DNA of 64,000 bases, taken from assembly GCF_009914755.1 (NCBI RefSeq), contig NC_060926.1. One strand, written 5' to 3'. Below the pieces are notes generated by a model. That model was not told the origin of the DNA. It did no database searches and saw only the letters and a program-made list of their open reading frames with translations. Origin of the DNA: the human T2T-CHM13v2.0 reference genome, Homo sapiens. Shown here one piece after another: positions 24,400 to 38,859 of this stretch. Position numbers and translations under genes: made by a program. Each line of letters begins with the position of its first letter. Within the stretch, counting starts at the first letter, position 1.

Positions 24400-25899
24400 G
24401 GTGAGCAAAAGAGCTGACATTCAACACAGGCATCAGACTCCAATTCCCAGAGCTTCCTACTGCACTTTACTCTTTCCCAGACCTCGACTCACCTTCCTGT
24501 TCCCTGCTCCACTTCCAGCCCTACTGTCCATTCCATCAGAGGGGAGGCTGTTCAAGTCATAAGGCAGGCAGAATTAAGACTTCTGAAAGGTCCATCTCAA
24601 GGTATTCCATTTCCATTCCTCCTGGAGGTGTGACTTTCTTCCCTTTCTTTCCCCATCATTGCCCAAGTCCCCCAGTGAACTTCCCACTGAAGTCTGTGAG
24701 AGCCCCACTTGGGAACCAAGCAGGAGAGCACACGGTATCTGCCTACATGGCACATAAAAGGTCCTCTGAGGGAGACAGTCTATGTAGGCATTGTCAATGC
24801 TGCAACTGGAAGCCCAGAGAGACATAAAGCTGTCCCGGTTCAAAACCAAGAGGGATGAGGCCAAGAGCAGAGGCGAAGCAGGAGCGCGGATGCAGAGACA
24901 ACAGGGAGCAGGAACACCCACGTGGTGTCTGGTAGACCAGGTAACTGTGGAATGATTCATACCTAGCACTGGGAATTTACCTGCAGTGGACTCTGGGCAG
25001 GGAGAAAGGGCTTTCTTTTTAAAAATAAACAAACAAATCTAAAAAGCCTACTAATGGGTTTGTGTTTTAAGAAAGTTAGATTTTTTAAAAAATAAGAATA
25101 AGAATTAATTTTCATAATGGGCATTTATCATTAAACACAGCACTTCTGAAAATCATAAGATCCTTTCTGGCAGGATTCCCTAGAGGGTAAAACACTGAAA
25201 TGCTACAGAAGGCCCGCACATGTCTTTTCCTTGATTAGGAATTAATTCATTTAACCCATGGCATAAAACACTGTGCAGTCATTTCAAAGCTAAGTCCAGG
25301 TGCAAAGATGACTGGACCAGAAAAATGCAGTGGAAGAGGAAGGTGGACAGAGGATTCCACAAGAATAAAGGGAGCCCTTGGCTGTCAGGAAGGAGGCTCC
25401 AGAGAGAGTGGCGCATCCCAGGCCCAGGAGACAGCAAGTGTTCCCCGAGTCTTGGGAGAAGGAGAGGACAGCACAGCCTTTCAAGGGGCACAGTTTAGGT
25501 GAAGGCAGCATCTCATGCGCTCACTTTTATGGATTGCTAGCAGCTGCCTGGACACCATGTCAAGAATTCTGAAGACACAACTGGCTCAGAAGGAAGGAGT
25601 TTGCTGACCACAGGCATGGAGGTGGGGAGTGGCAAATGTATCACCTATTTGCCGTCCCTAATTTCATGCTAAATTCCTAGGGAAATCTAGAAAATGCTTA
25701 CATCATGTCAGGTGCCAAGAGAGTAAATCCATGGTGCGTGCCGGATGGAGAGATAAGGTGGAGAATAGTAGATCCCCCATGGGACACGTGAGGTGCATTT
25801 GGAGAAAACACCTGCTTAGGTGTCTGCTGCCCAAGAGAACAAACAGAGAAATGCTTGTCAGGACAGCCCAGAGTATCAGCCTAGAGCCTCAGTGAAGGG

Positions 25900-26217
<318 letters not shown>

Positions 26218-27234
26218 TGAAGGGTCTTTAATGGCATTCCTACTGACGGATTTTCAGGCAGCCCTCCCAACACTTATGTGGGACCACACTGGGAGATTGC
26301 TATCTAGGGCTTTGAGGAAGATGGACATGAGAAGGAAAACTCTAAACAGAGAGATGCATGCTATCATCCAGCTGGGGGCAAACGGCAATGTGGAAACCAA
26401 GGAGGGAGTGACAGGAGGTGTTATGTGGTGAAAGGACCCCATGACCGGGTTGCTGGGGCCAGTCCAGAGCAGTGAGGACAAGGATGAACTGGTGTGGAGT
26501 AGCATGATCAGTTGTATTACTCTGTAAGGGACGTGGAGATCATCCTAATCAGCAGCAGATACTCAAACATAAATTTGCAAAGCAGCAAATCAGTTTAATC
26601 TGTCCATTTTGTGAAGCTATTTTCAACGTCCCAGCTCTGTGGACAGGGCGCTAGGATTCATACCTGGCCCTGATGCCATTTCTGTTCTGCCATGGGCCTC
26701 CTGTGTGAGCCTCCATGCACTCTGGAGCTCCAGTCTCCTCCTGCATGAGCTTCTCCTAGAGCATGGAGAGGGTGGCATAGGACAACAGCTCTGAAGGAGG
26801 CTGCACACTGTCAAGTGGTATCTTATCTTTGCTCTTTAAATACCTGGGTATCTGGCTTCTCATTTTGTTTCTGCTTTTTTCCAGCTCCATCCTGTTCTCT
26901 TTCCCAGGAAGCAAAGACAATTACCTGCTGTGTGCATGTAACTCTAAAGGAGGTGGGAGAAGGACTTCCCAGGAGGAGGGAACTACTCTAGCCTTGGCAG
27001 AGACCCCAAAGGACCCTGAGGCATGTTCAGGAAAGAGCAGCCCCTGCATATGGAGCTGAGTGGGCAAGGCACAAGGAGGTGGGAAAAGAGGCTGAAGGAG
27101 CGGCCACCAGCCTGCGAGAGGTGCAGAGGAGGGGGATCCACAAAGCCACCTGGGAACAAGCAAGGAGAACATGTGGGACTGAGAGTCACCAGGAGGAAAG
27201 AGGAACCAACTGTGCCAACCTTTCCTGAAAGACA

Positions 27235-27850
27235 GTGATTTAAATATGGAGAACTCACTGTGGAATTTAAAAACCAGGGCTCGCTTCTTGTCTGTGATGA
27301 GAACCATTCTGGTAAAGTATGAAGGTCAGAATTCCGATGGAAGCGAATCAAGGAAGAATGGGAGCAGAAGTGAAGACAGCAAGTATAGGTGTCACTTTCA
27401 GGGAGTTTTGCTGTAAAAAGGAGCAGGAAAGTTGGGTGGTAGCTGGGAGGGCTTTGGAGTCAAGATGAATAAGACATCAAGTCTGACCTCTCAGTGGTAC
27501 AGGAAGAAGCAGAAATTTATAAGTGCAATACAGTGCAGTTAGAAAACCACAGAGCTATAAAGAGGGATCTTGGACATAGAGAAGGGATCTGTAGCCTGGA
27601 CTCTCTGGCACCTGGGGAGCGTCGGGAAAGTTTCCTGAAAGAGCTGATACCTAAGACCTGTCTTAGATGAGACGGAGGCATTAGCTCCGAACTAAGAGGG
27701 TGCAAGAGAACATCCAGGATGAGCTGAAGGTGGGAGGCAACAGAGTTTATTTGCAGAGTGGTAAGTCCTTCAGAATTGCTAGAAACAAAGTGAGATTCAG
27801 GGAGTGGTGAAGGAAAAGACTGGAAGTATAAGGAGGGGTCTTAGGTGGCA
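27235..27850 (-). mobile_element. L2 LINE fragments
   Basis: gaagtgaagacagcaagtatagg..ctttcagggagttttgctgtaaaaaggagcaggaaagttgggtggtagctggg; ggaaagtttcctgaaagagctgatacctaagacctg. Confidence 0.65.
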
Positions 27851-29734
27851 TCTGACAGGACAGGATAAAGATGGCAGACATCAGCCTCCAACAATGAGCA
27901 GAGGGCTAGGGTCAGTAACAGGAAAAGTTGGGCACTGGTAAAGGGGTGTAAGAGATATGGCTCTTGTGTTTATTTGTCCTTGCAGTCATCTCTTCATTCA
28001 ACAACTACTGTGAGATGAGTTTGGAAAAACTCTTTGCTACATGCAAGGAAAGTGGTAAGTAAATAAAATAGGATCTAGTCTCAGCTGAAGGCTGTGGTAG
28101 AAGAAGTCAGCATTTGGTGTTCTTCGGGGGCTCATCACTTCTCTCTCTGTGACACACCATCCAAGTCTCCTCCAGCATGGCTGTGCACAGCACTTCTGTG
28201 CTCCCTGAATCCAAATAGTCTCCTCTTTCTCCCTTGCTACTGCTTTACCTGAGTCTCCCCTCCTGGCCTGTGAAACCCCAAGGTGCCATCTTATCAGGCT
28301 TTAACTTCTCTTCCTCTTCTGATTCCCAGATTCAGCCTGAGAAACAAAAACTGCTAATGGGACATAGGCAAGACACTTTTTCCCTGTAACATATCTGCAA
28401 TGTAACAGGAGGAAGAGACTCCAAAGATAGGAATCTCAGGCCTTGTGAGAGTTCACTAAAGAAGATATAACAGGGGAGATACTCTTAGCAAGTTGGTCTG
28501 TTGATGCTACCCAAAATACCCGTGCAATCAGCTACTTACAGCAAGATCTAATACACCACGGCAAATCTGCAGGCGAGGTGATTGTAGCATTAAACTTCTT
28601 TTGCTCATGCAATACTTTGTAATGTGACCTTTAAGAAAACATTTGCATATATTTTATCTACACATAAAATGTTTAGTTTCTGAGACACCTGTCCAGGCAA
28701 TTATTCATTTTCTTAATATTAACTTTTGAATCTCAAACATGTTCTCCAAAGTAAAACTATTATCATGAGAAAATATTTCATTGAAAGTCTCAATCCCCGT
28801 CACCAATAATCAAGTAGTTATTGTGTCTAGAGCTTGGACAAATAAATTGCCCCGAACGTTTCTTGCAAGTTTAATTATATCGCTGGGTAGTTTTGATGTT
28901 GGTGATGTACATTTGTTTTTCTACTGATCTTTACTTTGTTATAACCCAGCTGAACATTTGACACCCTGTAAATGCTTTTGTGTTTTTGAACAAATGGAAT
29001 TAAACTAGAGCAGGATTCCTGCTCTTAAGGAGATGACAATTTTATTGAGGAGATAGAAACTGTGCTTAGGAAAAGTAAATCAACACTCAAGATAAAAGGC
29101 ACATCACCAATGCCAAAGACATGTGAGGTCAGCAATGGAAACCTGGGTTTGGGGAGGCAAGGGTACCAGGGCAGGAAAGTCTGGGAAAGGGGCAGGGAGC
29201 AAGTTGCACGGGATAGGGCTACCAAAGGTTAGAAAAGCCTTAGAATGGCAGCCAATCAAAATGTGCCCATTATTCCTGTCTGAAACTGGCAGAAAACAAG
29301 GTGCGTGGTGCTCAGGAATACAAACCAGAGGGTTTTATGGATGATACTTGCAAATAAGGTTAGAAACCAGCATGACTGAGGACCTCAACTTCTAGACAGT
29401 GTAGACTCATTTAAGCTTTAAGAGTTTGAGGAGGAGACATAAACTATTTTATGTTCAGATTATTCCTTCTGGCTTCAGTGGGTAAAATGTTTCAGATACA
29501 AATGAGCCCAGAAGAAGGGAGAGAGTCAGGATGCACATGGTAATCTTGGCATAAGAGAATGAAGGCTTGTGACTATAAGAAGGAAAGGAAGAGAAGTTTC
29601 ACATACAGGGGAAAAAAAACAGCAAAATAAAAACCCGACAGGACTTCCAGGGACTATACAAAGTAGTAACCAAGTACATCTTTACTTTCACTCCCATCCT
29701 CTATGTGGTCAAATCTTTTCAAATTCTCTTTATA

Positions 29735-29894
29735 AGCTGAGTACAGTGGTGCCGGCCTGTAGTCCCAGCTACTTGGCAGGCTCAGATGACAGGATCCTTT
29801 GAGTCCAGGAGTTCAAGGCTATAGTGAGCTATGATTGAGCCACTGCACTCCAGCCTGGGTGACAGGGTGAGACCCCGCTTCTTAAAAAAGAAAA
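29735..29894 (+). mobile_element. FRAM (free right Alu monomer)
   Basis: Single monomer: gcctgtagtcccagctac..gagtccaggagttcaaggctatagtgagctatgattgagccactgcactccagcctggg..A tail. Confidence 0.85.
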
Positions 29895-32364
29895 TCTAGT
29901 GCTTCTTCCCAGTTCCTTTAAACCTGGCGCTCAGGGCTCAGGTCTCCTAGCAGGCACTAGACCATTTAGGATGGTATGAGGATGAAGGGCCTTAGCGGGG
30001 TAGAAAAGGCATCTGCAAAGGGGAATCTGCAGTCATACACATCAGAAAGTTCATCTTCGTTCAGCAAGGGGAGTGTGCAATCATCTATAGATAAGATTTA
30101 AAAGTTAAGGATCTTTATTTAATTTGTCCTTCACGATAAGTCATTAAGGTGGCCTTTTAGTGAGCGAGGTCTCGAACAGATGAGGCTTTTAAAAAGTGCA
30201 GCTCCCTGCCCCATCATCACACTGCTCATTACTGCAGCCACTCCTAAAACAAAAGGCCATTTCCGTTACCCTTCTCAATGAAGCTCAACAACAATTCTAA
30301 AAAAAATTACTGATTTTATTCTAGTTGTGAACTAGGACATTAATGATATCACATTCTTATCTTTTTATTATATTACATTTGGTACAGGGAAGGCTGTTTG
30401 CATTTTTTAAATTCTTTGCATACCTGCAGGCTACGATTTGAAGTATTGTGAAATTTTCTGCATCTCTGTATTTGTAAGCCTTCTTATTTGCAAATGACTT
30501 ATGTCCTTAGTTACACCAAGTACAAAAATGCAGAAAGAAGGAGAAATGATGGCTCACTTTGGTCACAAATGACGAAAGGAAGGGCGTTGTGCTCAATCTT
30601 ACTGACGCGATGCTGACTTCTCACTGAAAGTCACATTCTTCATTTCAAAAGCTTGAACATGATGATCCTTTACAAAGAATCTCCATTAGTTGTATTTTAG
30701 AAACTGAGAGAAGTCCGGTGGAAGAAAATTATCTGGGCGAGTAATATGTTGTTTTGACCATCGCTATTCCACGTTTCCCTCTACGGGGATGTTGGAGCAT
30801 CAGTGGAAGAATGGCTCAAAGTTAAAAATCCTGTCCTCTCTGCCTATCTGCTGGGGTCATGAAAAAAGCACATATGCTCTGTTCTTCCCACATGAATGTC
30901 ATAAGGTTTCACATCCTTCAAACTCTTTCCAAAGGTGAGAAAGACCTCCTTCCTTAGTTATGTGCCTCCCTCAGGGGCTTCCTGGCATCCACAATACCAG
31001 GCAATTCCTGAGCTGACTGCCTCTTGTGATATTGAGTTGTGGGTGATGCTTCTATATCAGAAATACAAGAATTGTTATTTTAAAAGAAAGGTGCAGTTTA
31101 ACCCCTCTCTCCAGAAGGTCAGAAGCATCTTACTAGAGAGTGAATTGCTCTTTTGCTTTTTTGAAAACACTTCAATGAGCCAAGACAAGGCGTGATATCA
31201 TTCTGCATAAGAAAGTAATGGGGTTTTTGTAGCTACCTGACCAGTTCAAGAGGTAATATTGAGAGACCCAAAGGAATGTGTGGAAAGTCCTCAGGGGAAA
31301 AGTCTGGAAAGAGAGGGGTCCAAGCCTGAGGGCACTTCCCACCTAAAGACGGTATCTGGGGCAGGGAATGAATGATGTATTTTTAGCATCCAGCTACCTG
31401 GTACAACCACTATGATTTACAAACTGCATTTCAAATGGTACAAAAAGAAAATTGCTTTATTTTTCTCCAACTCCTACCTTCAAATTCTCCCCATCTCTTT
31501 TTTCCACGATGCTTGGCAATATCTAAAAAGATTCTACATCTTTCCAGTCACTTTCAATTACAAGTGTAATCACATTTTGGGAAACACAGCTTCCTTGAGG
31601 TTTTCAAACAAATCCACTTCAGGCTGAATTCAAGCTCTCCCTACCCACGTGGTTCTCCAGCCTCGCCTCAGCCCAGCCTGTTCCTGGCTTGGCCCTTTCT
31701 GGAGAGGGGTGGGGGGACTGTTTGTTCCTTTACACATTCTCTCTCCATCCCTTCCCTTCCCTGATTCTCCCACAGCAGGAATTTCATGAAGGGGCTCATT
31801 TTTTAAGTGCAAAGTGTTTCTTTCTCAATGCACTTGCTGTGTGCTCTCTCCTGGCTACCACTGGCATAGACGCCCTCCAAACTTGCTAGAGACAGGGAAA
31901 AGGGAAGTGAAATGGGGAAAGAGGCAGAGAGAATGAGCAGGATTTTTCCAATTGATATTCACTTTTGAGTATTAAAACATTTGTCTTTCAAATAACCTAT
32001 GCATTAAATAGGTCATTAATGAATTAGGGGTAATTTTTTTTCATTTGACAATTGCTACAGTGAAACTGGAAGTTGAATTCTACTTGTGATTAGAAATAAC
32101 TTTTCCAAGTTTACACTGTCTAACTCCACTTCAGGATTATTTTTTTAAAGTAGTATATATTTAAATGTGAATTTAAATATAAAATCTGGTATATAGATAT
32201 TAGAACTAAAGACCTATAAAATAATTAATATATTAACTACCATCTAAAAACTCCTAAGCAAATATAATTCTAAGAAAATGCAATATATAAAACTCCAGTG
32301 ATTACTTGATCACCTAAAAAAAGGATACCTATTCAATGTTTAGGTTACATTTGGTAATGTAAGA

Positions 32365-32681
32365 CAGCACTGTCCAATAGAAATTTGATATGAGCTTTCA
32401 TGGAACTAAGTTTTCTAGTAACCACACTAAAGAAAGCAAAAGAAACAGGTAAAAATTACTTTAATAATATATTTTATGTAATCAGCTTTATCTAAAGTAC
32501 TATCATTTCTATGCATAAGTAACATGCAAATACCAATGCAGTATTCTACTTATTGTATGTGTAGTAAGTCTACAAAATCCCCTGTGTGTTTTATGCTTGC
32601 ACAACTTGCAATCTGGGCCAGCTGCATGTCAAGGGCTCAGCAGCTATGTGTGGCTTGGGGCTGCCCTGCTGAATGGCACAG
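32365..32681. mobile_element. MER33 (hAT-Charlie), near full length
   Basis: Starts cagcactgtccaatagaaat; aaagaaacaggtaaaaattactttaataatatattt; homologous to 1696-1959. Confidence 0.8.
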
Positions 32682-34499
32682 GTAAGGTTTTCGATTCAAT
32701 CATGTCTGTATGTCAAAATGGCTAGTTTGAGGTTATTTCTTGCTGCAGTTGGAGTCAGTGAAAATGAAGTCCGCTTAATTTTATGGGAAAGCCGAGGGTG
32801 TTACACAGACATCGTTATTCTCAACAGCCAATCCGGCCTTTCACAAAAGACCATTCCATTCAAGCCCACGAACCTGCTTGTGCGTTTCCACGTGGCTCCT
32901 CTATCCATGTCATCCCTGTAAATAGACCTGCAAACCAGAGAAAACCCCCAGCTGGACTTGAATTCATTATCTTCAACTCACACATTTGACAAGCTGTTAA
33001 AGCTGCGCACACCAGATCTTGTTATGAATTCACACCTTCCACTGGTCAGAAAGCCCTCACATTAACCCACACGGTGGCGTGTGAAGGGTGCTTGTTGTCC
33101 TCGCTCACGCACATTTCATTAGACTGACAGCAAGTAGAAGGCCATTCAAAGTCCTTACAATGTGTGATGATGGAGCCGCAGTTGAAGGCAGTGGATTTAC
33201 TAGTGCTGAAGGTGAAGGAGCTTAGTTTCAGCAGAGAGAAGAACTCTTTAGATATGCAACTTCTGCAATTGTTAATGAGAATGATGTGGTAGAAGATCAA
33301 AGCTCTTGCCCACGCAGGTGATGCAGAACTGCACCCCCAGCGATTCACCTGTGAGTCATGTCATCATCGAGATTGCCTCCTGGAAGCCACTCTCCTCCTA
33401 GCAACTCACCATCCTAAAGACACAGAAACACAAGGCCCACAACTTTTGTGAATGTTGTTAATTAATGTTAAAACCTAATGTTAGTCTTTGAAAGCCCCTT
33501 GAAGTGTCAGGGAAGCCAGTTCTGTAACTTGATTTTTTCATGGAGATGTCCAAAAGGAAGAATGGAAGAGAACAAAAGACAGGGAGAGGATGCAAAGTTT
33601 GACTGGGCTCCAAGGCTGTCGTGGGCCCCATAGGCAGAAAGCCTGGCCCATCAGCAGAGGAAGAGCTTCATGTCTGCATAAAGGCCCGAATAGATCTCAT
33701 CACAGTGTTTCATTTGAGGACTTTTAAGACTTCATTACCTACTGCTGGGCCTGAGGAAGGGAATGACGACTTCGAGGAAAGCAATCCCAACACTTTGGTT
33801 GGCTTGTTTTTATTGGCACTAAGGTTACAGGGTTTTTGACACCAGGGATTTGACTGCAGCAGGAAAACGTGATGAATTGTCACAGCAGATTTACAAGGTT
33901 GGAAGCAAATGCTTAAGGTCTAAACCAGAACCCTCCCAAATCATATATTGTACTCTAGCTGGGAGATTCCTGTAGGAACACGCAGGGGGAAAATATAGCC
34001 CACGAGGTAATAACCTCATATTAGCTAGAATAACATTGAGCCTGTTCTATGAAAATTTGAGTATGCAAAAGTGCCTTCTAATAGATTTTTGTATAATCTA
34101 CTTTCAAATTACATGAGTTCCAAAAGTGGAAAATATAACTCAGACAAAAGTTCACCTGGTGAACAAGGTTTCAACTATGACACAAAGTTGTATGCCATAA
34201 AAATCATGTTAATTTCTTTTCAAGATGTGAAACTTCTATTTCAGAAGGAAAGCTCTTAACTCATACTTGGTTTCCTACTGATTGGTATCTCTGGGGAAAC
34301 ATTTACTGCTAAACACATCCTTCCCATTGCCCTCCTGACTACCCATAAAAATGTAGTGAGAATAGAAAAGTGAAAATCAGTAAATTAAAACACAATTTAA
34401 AAATCTGCCTATGGACACAAAAGTTTTATAACCATTCCCCAATGTTGACATCATGGATTTTTGAGAGCTTTATATGAAGAATGTACCTTATATATAATC

Positions 34500-34635
34500 T
34501 TACGTAATCCTTTCCCTCTTACTTGCCAGATGAGAAAACTGAGGCCCCCAAAGAAGTGATTTCTCCAAGGTTATAGAAGGCTAAAGACTGACAGTAAAGT
34601 AGAACCGGTTCTCCTGACCATGAAACTTTGCCCTT
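34500..34635 (-). mobile_element. MIR SINE
   Basis: cagatgagaaaactgaggcccccaaagaagtgatttctccaaggttatag. Confidence 0.7.
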
Positions 34636-34774
34636 TCTAGTTCAATCCTAGAATTTACAAATAGACATGTGAAATGTCAACCCTGGATTAAGGAGAAGGG
34701 CTTTTCATCCCAAATAGCTAAATTGGTGGGCTCTTGCTCTGGCTTTGATCTCAGCCAATTTTCTCTAGACATTT

Positions 34775-34954
34775 GCTCGCGATCCTGGCAGTGAATAAAA
34801 ATTATAAAGAGCTTGTTGAAAATACAAATCCCTAGGCTTTACTCTCAGAGATAATTATTTGCTCTGAAGTAGCACAGAGGAATCTGTCTTTTCCATAAGC
34901 ATGTCTTGTTATTCTGATGTAACCTGCACCCGGGTAAAGTTTGGGGAACCTCTG
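34775..34954. mobile_element. MER5-family hAT-Charlie relic
   Basis: gagcttgttgaaaatacaaatccctaggc..gaatctgtctttt..attctgatg..aagtttggggaacctctg. Confidence 0.6.
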
Positions 34955-35625
34955 TTTAAGGTATACTGCTTTCCAAACTTTAAAATCTGTAGCACAACTG
35001 TAAGCTTGCTTGGAAACAGCAGGTGAGGTTCACATTTTTATTTCAGCTTCTTCTGCTCAAAATATATCAAGATAATTTTTTTTAATGATCAGTAACAAGA
35101 AATGCTATGATGCCTTCACAACGCAACACAGTAGAAATGCTACGGTCAGATAAAATGACCATTTTTCTACCCGTGTACCATTTCTGGCAGCCCTTTCTTT
35201 TACATTGGATTTCACAGGACAGCACATTTAGGTTGCCATTTATGAGAGTAATCTGATTAGTCAATTAGATTGGTTGTAGCCACCAGTAATGACCTTTCTT
35301 TCCCCAACTCGATCCCTTACTCAAACTGGCTCATATAAAATTCTGTCTACAAGTTGGGTCCAGGGCAAGGTTGACTCAGTGGCCCAATAATGTCAGCACA
35401 AACCCAATTTCTTTCCACGGGCTCCCTCTCACCAAGGCTGAGCTCGTGACTGCTATGGCTGACTGCCCAAATGACCAGTAGCAGAAAATGATGCTAAATC
35501 TAGAACACTAGTCCCTGAGGCCAGATAACCACTGGGTGGCAGGTAGATGACTTTGGGGCAGACTAGCCGAAGCCATTTTACTGGGAAATGAGTGAAGAGA
35601 CGAACACAGGTCTTACCATGTGCCC

Positions 35626-36068
35626 TGCTATCAACCACATGGTGTTCCTCCAAAGTTCATATGTTGAAGCCCTAACCCCAAATGTGATAGTATTTGGAGA
35701 TGGGGTCTTTGGCAGTTAATTAAGATTGGGTAAGGTCACGATGATGGAGCCCTTATGTTAGAATTAGTGCCTTATAAGGGCACTAATGTCTTGTTATAAG
35801 CAAGACATTATAAGGGCCTTATAAGGGCAGTTTGTCTTGTTATAAGCAAGACAAAGAGATACCAGAGCTCTCTTGTCCTTTCTATCCTATGAGGGCATGG
35901 TAAGAAGGAGCCATCTCGAACCAGCAAGCAGGTCCTCACCAGATACCAAGTCTTCCAGCCCTTGATCTTGGATTTCCCAGTCTCCAGAACTGTGAGATAT
36001 AAATGCCTGCCATTTAAGCCTCTGAAGTGACTGATGTTTTGTTATGGCAGCCAAAACACACTAAGACA
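35626..36068 (+). mobile_element. MLT1A solo LTR carrying an internal palindromic expansion
   Basis: tgcta..caaagttcatatgttgaagccctaacccc...cttgatcttggatttcccagtctccagaactgtgag..gttatggcagcc..ctaagaca; TSD tgccc/taccc. Confidence 0.88.
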
Positions 36069-36478
36069 TACCCCACCACACAGGAGCATTCAGTCTGCTA
36101 GAACCATGCCATGGCTGGCTAAAGCCTCAATTTGGTGGTGGAACTCAGGCGGTGTTGAGGAGCCAGCCCCAGGAGGCAGTACATGTGCAGAATCAATGAA
36201 TGAGGCAGAAGTCACAGGGCCCCAGTAGCTGGAATTCAGATCATGGCTTCTGGAAGATGAAAATACAACTAGCCCCTCTCACCATCGCTCTCACTGCCAC
36301 ATTCATGGATGTGTGTGTCCCTTTCCTGTCACCAATGGTTCGTCATGGTAGTAGTCCTAACATCCAAATAGGAACTCCGTGGGACCTATGAGATCCCACT
36401 GAACGGAAAGCTTTACCCACCTTCTCTGCACTTTGGCCTCCTCAGGCCTCTGGACCAGCAGATCACGAAAGCATTGAG

Positions 36479-36572
36479 ATATATATATGTATGTGTGTGT
36501 GTGTGTGTGTATACGTATATATATTTTACATATATAAATGTATATATATGTATATATTATATACATATATAT
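36479..36572. repeat. Compound (TA)n/(TG)n microsatellite
   Basis: Read directly. Confidence 0.9.
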
Positions 36573-36766
36573 TTCAGATTAGTTTAAAACATTAGGAAGC
36601 TACTTTCTACATTTCTTGAAGCTATCTTATTCATCTTTGTATCTTCAGAAAGTGGCATTAATTAGTTGAGGGTATAATTGGTAAACATAATGTATTTAAC
36701 CATATTTTAAAATATTTTCAGAGAAGGCAGATAGGAAACTTGCAACCTTTACAAAACAGGCTTTGA

Positions 36767-37113
<347 letters not shown>

Positions 37114-37285
37114 CTATTTTAGAGAGCCAGAATGAGTGAGTGCTCATTTATAATTTTGTTTAAAACAGTTAAAATGGATTTTTTTATCCAGAAGTGTGCT
37201 GAACCTCGAGAAGGATGACCAACCTCTGCAGAGAGGAGGCGTCTGAGGAGCAAAACCTTGTGATGAACGCACAAGGGCACACGTG

Positions 37286-37402
37286 CATGGATGAGCCACA
37301 ATGCCACTAGAGCAGTGCAGTCTCCTACAATGACTTCTAAGATCCATGGCTGAGCCACAATGACACTAGAACAGTGCACTGTCCTACAGTAACCTCTAAG
37401 AT
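37286..37402. repeat. 59-bp-period tandem duplication (2 copies, 8 mismatches)
   Basis: catggatgagccacaatgccactagagcagtgcagtctcctacaatgacttctaagat versus catggctgagccacaatgacactagaacagtgcactgtcctacagtaacctctaagat. Confidence 0.9.
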
Positions 37403-37632
37403 AGACCCATTTGCTCTGCAGCATGGGAGTGTGTGCCCGTTCCTGGAAGACTCGTAAAAATCAGGCCGGTCTAAAGAGAGACAGATGAATACCCAATGCC
37501 CACAGCAAAGGGAGCTCCAGCCTGGAGTGCCAGCAGACCACAGATACACAGGCAGGGCTAAAGAACCTCTGCACCCATGATGGCAAGATGAGCTGTCAGG
37601 ACAGAGTGTAGTTTTGCTTTGGGGAAAGAAAA

Positions 37633-37795
37633 TGTGTGTGTATGTGTGTGTGTATTTCATGCATATTGTTTATGTGTATGATGTGTGTGTATTTGTATTT
37701 CATGCATATTATGGATGTATATGATGTGTGTGTATTGCATGCCTTTTATGTATGTGTATAATGTGTGTGTGTGTATGTGTGTTTAGGTGTGTGCA
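37633..37795. repeat. Degenerate (TG/TA)n tract
   Basis: Read directly. Confidence 0.8.
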
Positions 37796-38859
37796 TAATG
37801 AAAACACAAAGTGCAGATCCAAAGAGAGGAGTGGCATGGGAGTAGGTGCTTTCTTTGGACAAAGGTGAAAAGTTGAAACTGTTGATGAGTTCAAAAGCCC
37901 TGGATTCAGTTTCTTCCATGACCAAATGGCTTTAAGGACCCCTGTAGGGAATAAAAGATAAAGCAAAAAAAAAAAAGAAAGAAAGAAAGAAAGCAATATA
38001 TATTACATCTTTATGAAAAGTGAGAATAATCCGTTTCAAAAAAAGAAACTTTCCAAGTACCCACTAAAATAACCAGTCTAGTTCATTGGGAGAAAATACT
38101 GGTTTTGAGACCAAGCAGAGCTCCAGACTCAGTTTCCTCATTTGTAATTAATAATATGGATTGCACAAGTTGCTGCAAGGATTAGAGAAGTGCCCAGGAA
38201 GGCACCTGACCCACTGCTGGCCAAAGATCAAGCTATACAAATATAATTGAACTTCTGCTTGATATCAAATTACATGAGAATGGATTTCACTTGGAGAGGA
38301 TCTGGGTGATTCTCAGGCCAGCTCAGGCAATTGTGGAGCTTAGCTTACTGCAGGGTACAGTACAAGGCCCTCCAGTTGTGTAAGAAAAGCAACAAGCCAA
38401 ATATATCAAAAACCGGAGAGAATGCAGAAGGTGACTCATGACCTGAGGCCCAAACAGAGTCAGAGGGCGACATTCTGTCTTTCAGGTGGCTTCTAATGTG
38501 GGTAACAAGCAGGCTCTGTGGTGTACTACAGGGGATGGCAGCTGATACAGACGGATCGACATTAATTCTGGGGAGTGATGTCTCCTAGCAGCACTAGAAA
38601 AGTCAACTGGCATAGAATACTATTCATATTAGGTAGGTAACAAGTATAATATGCCTAAATGTGCACCTTTACAAATATACTGTTTGTATATTCTAAATGA
38701 TGCTGTACAGCCCTTTAATGTTATTAGTCATTATTCAACTCTACATAGCTTGAAAGAAAATATATTTAAATTTCATTAAACATATGGATGAGATTATGCT
38801 GTATTGAAATCCTATTTCCTGGGTCTATGATTACATGATAGAAAGTGTGTGTGCTAGCA

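Noticed and set aside
33160-33225. Peptide MCDDGAAVEGSGF resembling the actin N-terminus
   Set aside because: Stops after 21 codons and no further actin-like sequence follows; coincidental
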